This document shows, piece by piece, positions 54,291-64,000 of a DNA stretch of 64,000 bases. The notes beneath the pieces are model-generated. The model was given only the letters and a program-made list of their open reading frames with translations, searched no databases and had not been told where the DNA came from. The DNA comes from Octopus vulgaris (taxonomy: Eukaryota), in contig OX597824.1 of NCBI GenBank assembly GCA_951406725.2, forward strand, positions 8,618,001-8,682,000. The letters run 5' to 3'. A program made the translations under genes and the position numbers. Every line of letters starts with the position of its first letter. Within the stretch, counting starts at the first letter, position 1.

Positions 54291-54751
54291 GTTAACATAG
54301 AGCTAAAGATCAGTGAAAAAGAGAACATCTATGTTGAACTATTGAGAAATCTGCAGTTACTCTATCCAGATTACAAGTTCAGGCTTATACCTGTAATTAT
54401 TGGGGCCCTGGGATATGTAACACTGCCTAAATGCCAATCTTGAGGAATTAGGTTTCTCAAAACCAGAAAGGAGAAAGCTGATTCGAAGACTACAGATCCA
54501 ATCCATCAGTGGAACTGTAAAAATCTGTAAAACTTTCCAGACGTTTATCATTTAAATATATATCTAAGCATGTCTAGATATGCAACTATATGCATGAGAA
54601 TATATACCTAAGGCAAAACATACAAATCTGTACATACAAACAAAAATACCCGTTGTTGATGTTGAAATTCCAATGAAGGAGTTTTGGATCTAGGTTAGAA
54701 ACCAGTTCTTTCTCTATTGGCAAGAAATCTTGAAATAAAACTGAACAATGA
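54291..54751 (+). mobile_element. 3' fragment of RLE-type LINE (Dong/R4-like) with complete 3' UTR
   Basis: VNIELKISEKENIYVELLRNLQLLYPDYKFRLIPVIIGALGYVT/CLNANLEELGFSKPERRKLIRRLQIQSISGTVKICKTFQTFII*; (CATA)n on both sides. Confidence 0.8.
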
Positions 54752-54805
54752 CATACATACATGTATACACACACATACACACACACACACATATATATAT
54801 ATAAT

Positions 54806-54836
<31 letters not shown>

Positions 54837-55228
54837 GTATAAATAACATATACATGCATAAAAATACATACGTATACATACATACTTACATGTATACGTA
54901 TATACATATGCATATGTGGCCACAGGACGTCACAAAACATAAACATGTCCTCGAACATAAACAACATGTTTAAGGAGTTGTTTTTGCAAGCAACGAAAGA
55001 ACAAAATGGAAAACAAGACAAGCAACACAAAGGACAACCCTTCATCAGTTGTCGGCTGTTTTTCGAATATATACATACACAGACAGGCGTGGACACACAT
55101 ATGTATGTATAGGTATGTGCTTTCTCAATATACACTGAGAAACATTACTTAAAAGAAAAAAACTGGTGTTTTCATCTAGTCATTCTGTGAATGAACGACA
55201 AATCTCCATCAGATCACATGCTAATAAA

Positions 55229-55266
<38 letters not shown>

Positions 55267-55267
55267 T

Positions 55268-55311
<44 letters not shown>

Positions 55312-55399
55312 ATGTATATATATTCAGCCAATATATTGCTGGTTGTTGCACATAACTGGTCAGAATGTTACCGTTAGTTTCGCACCGAATATTAGCGCT

Positions 55400-55680
55400 A
55401 GACAATATGAATGACTCTTCGGACATACCAGTCGGAAGCACATAGCCTCTTATGCGCTGAAGATATATAGACTCTGGCTATATATGGTGATTAAAAGAGA
55501 AGGAATGATCATATATTATCAAGGGAGGTTGTTGGAACAATCTAAACTGTATCTTAATGGTAGAAAGAGATGTAGTCTCTGCCTGGCGGAGAGAAAAATC
55601 TTAAAATTTCTTGAAATTGAAAAGCGAAATTCTCAGGTAGTGTGCTCATGGGCGCAAATTCGTTTTGGCACCATGGTCAT
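55400..55680 (+). pseudogene. Penelope-like GIY-YIG endonuclease C-terminal remnant
   Basis: YIW*LKEKE...LYLNGRKRCSLCLAERKIL...EILR*CAHGRKFVL; the C..C...C.H motif is typical of PLE C-termini. Confidence 0.7.
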
Positions 55681-56037
55681 ATCCATTTTTGAGCTAGAGC
55701 ACGATACACACACTGCTTATACACTTCATCAGTGGCGAACACCAATCCAAGGAGAATAACTCTGCCTCTTTTCTTTTTCAACCAATAAATATTTTTCATT
55801 AAATGTTGACTCACCCTTTTGCCACGATTAAAATAGCCCAGGGTCAATGAAATTCAGCGCCAGGGAGAATGTCTGACGAATGTTCAATATTTTCTAGTTG
55901 CAAGATTCCACAGTGACCTTTTGACCAGTTGTATTCTATGACCAGTAATATACAATTTGACCATATAAAAATATAACCGGTCTCTTAATATTATTCAGTA
56001 TATTGCTTCTACTTCTGATATAAAGACAACTAACTGA

Positions 56038-56101
<64 letters not shown>

Positions 56102-56246
56102 GTACTTACAAGCACATTTATATACGTACACACACACACACACATATATATTCTGCCATCAATAGAAACAGCAAATGTCTTTTATTTTTTTCCCCATTTT
56201 CGCTTTGTTTTCATGAACTGAATTTTGTTGTTTACACTGATTTACT

Positions 56247-56300
<54 letters not shown>

Positions 56301-56350
56301 TTATATGTATGTATGCATGTATACATATTTGTATATATATATACATATAC

Positions 56351-56415
<65 letters not shown>

Positions 56416-56848
56416 CCTACTTGTCTCACTGAGTTATTTCTGGGATGTCAAACCGGAAATAGTTTCAGTGTTGTCTTTGAATTGGTCTTATGACACGAAG
56501 AATACACACACACACACACACACACATATCCTTATCCACATAACGAACATTCTGTTTCCCTGTATGTATGCATATATATATATATATACATGTGTATGTA
56601 TATATGCTTATGTATGTGTCTATATGTGTTTATATATGTATATATATATATTGTTTTACAGATCTGCGTATATATCATTTCTCCATATATGTAAATATAC
56701 ACCCTAAGAAGCATGTGAATATATATACATACATAATTACATTCAGATCCATGCATACACAAATATATGTAATTATACCGATACAACGACACACAGACTC
56801 ACACACACGTAGAAGCCTATATATATAGATGTATATGTGTGTCTGTAA

Positions 56849-56909
<61 letters not shown>

Positions 56910-57278
56910 ACATGCATATATGTGCACACACACAAAAAAAAAACACGCACACACACACACACACACAGACGTGAGTACAGCACACTATAAGATCTGTATC
57001 AGTGTACATGATTCGAATATGTAAATTTGTATGTCGGTAGAAATGCAATTCTAACTTTGTGTGTGTGTATATATATATATGTGTGTGTGTGTGTGCTTTT
57101 ACATAAACACAGACACACTCACATACATATATATATCTATGTATACGGCCAATCATGTATGCATTACATATACCCACACATATATTTATACAGAAGGACA
57201 TACATGTATGCGCACATACGTACACACACGTACGTACACAAAATCATGTATGTGTAAATCTTTCAGCGCATCTGTCTA

Positions 57279-57361
<83 letters not shown>

Positions 57362-57434
57362 CTATATCTATCTCTATATCTATCTCTATCTATCTCTATC
57401 TATCTCTATCTAACTATCTATCTACACATGTAAG

Positions 57435-57478
<44 letters not shown>

Positions 57479-58067
57479 CATTCACACATACACACACGGA
57501 CCAACTAACACACACACACACACAAAATATATGTGTATAAGTGTTACCTCTAGGGACCATCCTATCTTATCTCACTTCCACACACATTCTCCGTCTCTCT
57601 CTTTCTTCATCTCACACACACTCACACACACGCACGCGCACACACACACACCTATCCCCTGGCACAATCACATCACGTGCATACTAAAACATACATCAAT
57701 GCTACTGTTGCCTGTGTTTTCAAGCTTGTTAAAACTAATGATCCCTTCCGAACGAATGCATTTTATGGTTCGCTTTCCTCTGTCTTCAATTGTGTCTCCA
57801 TTTCTATTTCAGGAATCTTCCGTTCTCCAGAATGCTATTCTTTGCTTAATAGAACATTCTTTTATAAAATAGCATTATAGAAGAAGAAAAAAAAAACAGA
57901 AAAAAAAAAGAAAAGATCTCCTACCGTTATTAACTCCACCACTGTAACTAGTTTTATTCGTTATCACTAACATGGAGGCAAGACATGTAGTCTTCGGTAG
58001 GACATGTGGCAATAATAATACTGTTTGTCACTCAGTCTCTGTATCTTTCTCTGTATTTGTCTATCTG

Positions 58068-58145
<78 letters not shown>

Positions 58146-58804
58146 AAACGGGAAGGAAGAGCTATTTTTATCATACTTGTGGCTATGGCGAAAGAATGTA
58201 TCTGGTGGACGCGTCTGAAAGGATTAGAGACAAACACTTTCCTCTCTGGTCAATCTCTCATCAACTTCTTCAAGTATCACTTGAAGAAAAAAGTGAGAGT
58301 AGAGAGGCAAGTTTTGTCTAGTGAATGTTTTAAAAAAGATGGGTGAATGTAGCAAGGATGGCACGTATGAATGACGAAGCCATCTTGACTATGATTCTAT
58401 GAACCGTAAAAATTAATACAGAGAGTTGCTTATTTGCAAAAAAAAAAAAAAAAAAAAAAATATAACATGTGACTTCATTGACCGAGGTTACCGTGGTCTT
58501 TTCCGTAGGGTTTTCTTTCCACGGGTAAACCTCACCTGTCCTCCCCTTTACACTTCCTATTGACATTTCTGTGATAACGATCCCTATTGATCAATTTTTT
58601 CCTCTCCCCCTTTTTTTTAACCCCCCTTTTTTGTGTCCTCTTTCTCTCCTTTTACGATCCCTTTTGATCGACCCCCCTTTTTTATTTTATTTTTATTTTA
58701 TTATTTTATTTTTTATTTTTTTTATTTTTTAAACCTTCAAAAGAAAAGCTCTACCTTGTAATTTGTTCTATCTGTGTGCAGCCCTGTGTGGCTAATAAAG
58801 AAAC
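58146..58804 (+). mobile_element. L1-clade (Tx1-like) LINE 3' fragment
   Basis: KREGRAIFIILVAMAKECIWWTRLKGLETNTFLSGQSLINFFKYHLKKKVRVERQVLSSECFKK/RWVNVARM...IL*; AK..IW..R...F...W motif of Tx1/L1 ORF2 termini; pyrimidine-rich UTR ending AATAAAGAAAC then (ATCT)n. Confidence 0.7.
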
Positions 58805-58805
58805 A

Positions 58806-58860
<55 letters not shown>

Positions 58861-59138
58861 GTGAACCGAGGTTACCGTGGTCTTTTCCGTAGGCTTTTCT
58901 ACGGGTAAACCTCACCTGTCCTCCCTTTATTCTATTGACATTTCTGTGATAACGATCCCTATCTATTTTTTTTTTTTTTTTTTCTCCCTTTTTTTAACCC
59001 CCTTTTTTGTCCTCTTCTCTGCTTTACGATCCCTTTTGATCTCCCCTTCCTTTTTTTTTTTTTTTAAACCTCAAAAGAAAAGCTCTACCTTGTAATTTGT
59101 TCTATCTGTGTGCAGCCCTGTGTGGCTAATAAAGAAAC
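58861..59138 (+). mobile_element. Second, diverged 3' UTR copy of the same Tx1-like LINE
   Basis: Homologous to 58481-58804 with multiple indels; flanked by (ATCT)n. Confidence 0.8.
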
Positions 59139-59139
59139 A

Positions 59140-59204
<65 letters not shown>

Positions 59205-59227
59205 GTCTGTCTGTCTGTCTGTCTGTC

Positions 59228-59274
<47 letters not shown>

Positions 59275-59389
59275 GTCTGTCTGTCTGTTTGTCTGTCTGT
59301 ATATCTATCTATCTATCTATCTATCTGTCTATCTATCCATCTACCTGTTTGTTTTTATCTGCCTGCCTGTAGGTTTCTGTACTTGTCTG

Positions 59390-59433
<44 letters not shown>

Positions 59434-59462
59434 AATAATATATTTGTATATAACTTTGATAT

Positions 59463-59627
59463 CTAAGATTGGTCCAAGCCATATTTAACTTAATAGCACC
59501 AGCTGATAGGATTAGCTAAATCCTTTTTAAGTCAAGTTTTGTGGTAGCATGGTCCGTTCGGGTTGTATCCAGGTATAGGTGGCTTATCTGGTATTCGTTG
59601 AAGAACTTTGTCTGGATTCCGTTTAAA
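59463..59627 (-). mobile_element. Short CR1-clade LINE 3' end
   Basis: Homologous to 37890-38082 with an internal deletion. Confidence 0.8.
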
Positions 59628-59738
59628 TGTATATATCTATATCTCTACATATTAATACATATATATATATTTGTATATAATATATATGCATATATATGTA
59701 TATATTATATATGATATTATATTATGCATACATACATG

Positions 59739-59790
<52 letters not shown>

Positions 59791-60944
59791 TATATATATA
59801 TATGTATATATATAACGTATATATTTGGTTATGACGAATTTTGATAACGTAGTTCTTTTCAGGTACGAAAACGAAGTTTTGGTCCTAGGTCGAATGCTTT
59901 TCATGAGAGACTTGTTTGACCAAGGTTCATACAGGGCTAAACGAAAGCTGTAACAAGAACGACAAACGCAATGTTAACCATCAACTGCCCCTTAGCAGCC
60001 AATGAGCTGCAACATAGAAATAGCTGTCAACCATACTTTATGTTTGGCCATTTTAAAAAAGAATGACACTTTGAATAACTAAATATACATGAAAATATGA
60101 AAAAAAAAAAAAAAGAAACGCACAAGATAGTCGGAAAATCCTCGACTTTTCGCCTGTTGGATGCGGTGTCTTATTTCCATGACCCTTTATAGGGCTTCGA
60201 AGACAGGAGGGAGGGTGGAAGGTATCCTCAAATCAGAAATCTGACTGCATGCTTGCAAAAGAGTTGACTCCAGAAATAGCATCCAAAGTGTCAATGAGGA
60301 ATAAGTCTAACGTTCTGGTAGGGCGTGCTGAGATTTGAGCTCAGAGCGCAAGGAGCCAAAAGTCAGCCTCGGTGGAATTTGAACTCAGAACGTAAAGACA
60401 GATGAAATGCTAACGATTCTGCCAGATCACCACGAAAGTTTTGCTTCCAGCTGGAAGATAGTGTATAAAGAGTTAGAACTAGTATTCGTCTCATTCCAAG
60501 ATCCACTCACCTCTCTTCCCGTCACCTTCATCGCAATAACACTCCGCCCCTGGTTCCGAAATAACACCAAGTCCCTTCTCCCCAGAACACCAAAACTCAC
60601 TGGAATATTTTTGCCTGCAGTTGTTGATCTGTATCACTGTATATGTTACATTAACTACATTTAGCTCACCGATGTCGGACAGCCTACAGCGACCATGAGC
60701 TCTACCTCTTTCTTCAGACTCAAGCAAACAAAACAAATAAAAACAGATACAAAAATTCGAAATACACAAGAAAACTAATAAATTCGTCCGAATTTTACTC
60801 TAAAATAATTATTACATGGCATGAAAATAAACAAAAAAAAAACCAACAAAGAACAACCTAGCCTGAGCCTTGAATGATTGGAAAATTACGTTACAATAGC
60901 TGTTGTTTAATAAAACATTTTGTCGCCATATTCCATCGCTACGT

Positions 60945-61083
60945 TTTTACTCTTTTTCTTTTATTTGACTGCGGCCATGCTGGAGCACCGCCTTTAGTCG
61001 AACAAATCGACCACATGACTCATTTTTTGTAAGCCTAGTACTTATTCTATCGGACTCTTTTGCCGAACCGCTAAGTTACGGGG
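60945..61083 (-). mobile_element. SINE family B 3' module
   Basis: TTTGACTGCGGCCATGCTGGAGCACCGCCTTTAGTCGA...TTTTGCCGAACCGCTAAGTTACGGGG. Confidence 0.85.
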
Positions 61084-61381
61084 AAAAACCAAATCTATGG
61101 TCAGAAAAGAATTTGGTACCTCGCTTCACTTTTTCCCTACTGTACCACCATTCCATTAATGGTGGTATTTGCTGGTTCTCATTCTCTCTCTCTCTCTCTC
61201 TTCCACAAGTCTTGAAGAATGTCTAAAGGCCACAGCATTGACATTCCACTTCTGATTAAACGGTAAATAACCAATAATTTATTCTAAACCAAAAGTTCTT
61301 TCGCATTTTTCTCCTGTTAAGCCGTCTGTTGTCCTTTGTCTGTCTTTCCACTCATCCACTCACCTACCTACTCCCTTACCC

Positions 61382-61464
<83 letters not shown>

Positions 61465-63819
61465 TATATATATATATATACTTATATATATATATATATG
61501 CAAATTGATACATAGTTAAATAGTATATGTATATATATACACACACACATATATATATGCATATACATATATATGTTGTGCATATACATGTATATATATA
61601 ATGTATATATGCGTATGTATGTATGTACATGTGTGTGTGTGTGTGTGCGCGTCTGTCTATCAGATTGTGTCATTTGAAGTTATTCTTTGTTAAAGCTGTA
61701 AAGCCCCCAAGCAACATGACAATTTCTTGTTATTCAATTGACTGTAAACCATTTTATTGATGTTGGTATCTTCTGTTGTTGTTTTGTTTCAAATTCCCGC
61801 AAACCCAACAAATGTTAGAATTAAACTTGCGTTTAAAAATTTCTCTTAGAAAAGAAAAAAAAAAAACAAATCGAAAAAGAAAAAAAAGCCGACAAAAACA
61901 AAACATGCACAAAAGAGACAAAAACAGAAAACAAAACAAGAAAAACTGACAAAAGAGAAAAACAAAAATAAAAAGAACAACACGGATCTAAGATTCTCTG
62001 AACGTGATTCAAAGATACTGGGTTTTCCTCCAGAATTCCTGAATACTTTAATCTGAAATTGTTCTGATACCCGCAATGGAGAATATTGTTATATCAATAA
62101 AATATTTACTGTAATTAAATAAGGGTGCCAGCCACATCGATAAAAATACCAACAAGAGAGCCTCCACGTGGTTCCTTACTCAAATAGATATAGTAGCTAA
62201 ATCTTTTTTTTATCTTTCACCAAACCTATCGTGTAGGACAATGGTTCTCAGCCAGAAGTATATGGGTCCCTGAAGGTCTTTGGATCCTGCGCCGTCCACT
62301 GAAAATCGTTCAGGGTTGGGTCGAAGAGCTGACTTCGAAATTTGGTGGGCAGACAGACTTTTTAAAAGGCTTGGTTGTCCGTGGGAAAAGTTGTCCTTGG
62401 CAATGAAATATTAGAGACATTCTAGTCTACAGAAAGGGAAGGATATGTTGAAGTGTTTGGTCTTGGGTTATATCGAAGTATGTGGTTGGTTGTCGCAAAC
62501 ATAATGATTTTTGTTATAAACCCACTCGCTCAGAGCTAAACTAGGGAGAAACAATGACAGCCACAACAACTGCATTTATATTACCAGTCCGAATTACAGA
62601 GTGTGACAAGGCTGGACTTTTGAAGTACAGATACAATCCACGCGATGAGCTTCTATACAGTTTCCTTCTACCCAAGTCCACTCGCAAGGCCGTGGTCAAT
62701 GTAAGGCAATGGTAAATGTACTCGCCAAAGGTACTACGCTTTGAGATCGAGCCCGCGACCTCAAGGTTGCGAGGCGAAGTCCTTAAAAATTTCAGTTATG
62801 TCTGTGCCCTCGACGCATCGAACAATGTAGTCCTAGATATACTGTATCTAAAAGAATAGAAAACTCCGGCACAGTTATGGATATTTAATCTTAGGTGTCC
62901 TGTATCAGGGCTAGCCTAGGGCTAAACAACAACAATGATAAAAAGAATAAGAACAACAATAACATTGAATTTATGCCCAGAAAAGAGAAATCAATATTCT
63001 GTTTAAGAAAGAGAAGGTAATAAATTGTAGACAGTTAACTATAGTGTTTGGCACAAGGATGGAACATAGGAATATATTGAAGGAATAGAGAAAGGAAGAA
63101 CGTGTAACTTCGGATAAAAGGAGCCAATTTAATGAAGTTTAGCTAAGGCAGTCAAGTTGAAAGCAGGAAACACGTGGAAAAAAGGAGGGAAGGGAGAGAT
63201 GGAGAGATAGATAGAAAGATAGATAGATAGGTAGATAGATATATAGATAGATAGATAGATAGATAGATAAGGAGGCAGAGAACGAGAAATGGCGTGAGAA
63301 AGAGTGAGAAGGGAGAGGACAGAGAGCGAAGGAAGGGATGTAGAAAAGGGTGGAGAGAGGAAAAAGAACAGGAGCGTGTGTGAATATGTGTATATGCTAT
63401 AAGTGTGTGTGAGTATGTGTGTGCGTATGTGTGTGCGTGTGTGTATGTGTGAATGGAGAGACGGGTAAGGGTAAGAGATAAACAATTTTGATTGATTGAC
63501 AGACGATCAAGTAAAGGAGTAAAAGAAAAAGAAAGCAAATCATTGAGAGAGAGAGAGAGAGAGGGGGAGAGAAATAGAGGAGGGGTGGTAGGAGGCAAGG
63601 AGTAGTATAGTAAGAAAGACCATGAAAAGAATAAAAGAATTCTTCAAATGGTGAAGGAACCGAGGGAAAAGGACGTATTGATGCATAATGCTGAAAGAAG
63701 AGCGACACACGTTGCCTTCTAAAAAAGAATTTGAAATTTTCTTATAATATGCGTCTGTGTATGTCGGCATGTATGTCTATCTTCTTTTACTTGTTCCAGT
63801 TATTAGGGAGACAGACATA

Positions 63820-63860
<41 letters not shown>

Positions 63861-64000
63861 CGAGAGAGAGAGAGAGAGTAAGAGAGGAAGTGGGATAAAT
63901 AGGTTGGTAGACGGTTAGGTAGACAGACAGAAATGTCTGTAGGTGGACAGGTAGTTCTATGCATACATATATATGCAGCGACAGAAGGCTATAAAAGACA

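Noticed and set aside
59850-59870. Plus-strand TTCTTTTCAG|GTACGA ratchet-like site
   Set aside because: Opposite strand to the inferred gene, weak donor, short pyrimidine tract

Overview
AT-rich eukaryotic DNA saturated with microsatellites, almost certainly an octopod cephalopod (Octopus-type tRNA-derived SINE families dominate; organism recognised from repeat families, not from a search). There is no complete gene. Nearly all ORFs in the track are translations of di-, tri- and tetranucleotide repeats. The window reads as part of a very large minus-strand intron or introns, with one well-formed 41-nt exon (38834-38874, -) and a candidate recursive splice point at 593/594 (-). It is filled with SINEs, 3' fragments of RTE, CR1, Tx1 and Dong/R4-type LINEs, Penelope-like RT and endonuclease remnants, two non-autonomous Helitrons, MITEs and a decayed maT (DD37D) transposon. 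The most notable signals are: (1) non-coding, terminally redundant (monomer plus partial repeat) elements carrying type I hammerhead ribozymes with palindromic stem III, i.e. retrozyme-like or non-autonomous Penelope-like elements; (2) LINEs that appear to target specific microsatellites (Tx1 in (ATCT)n, Dong/R4 in (CATA)n); (3) a SINE tail shared with the Tx1 LINE; (4) the AG|GTAAGT ratchet point. All coordinates were read by eye, and repeat edges are approximate.
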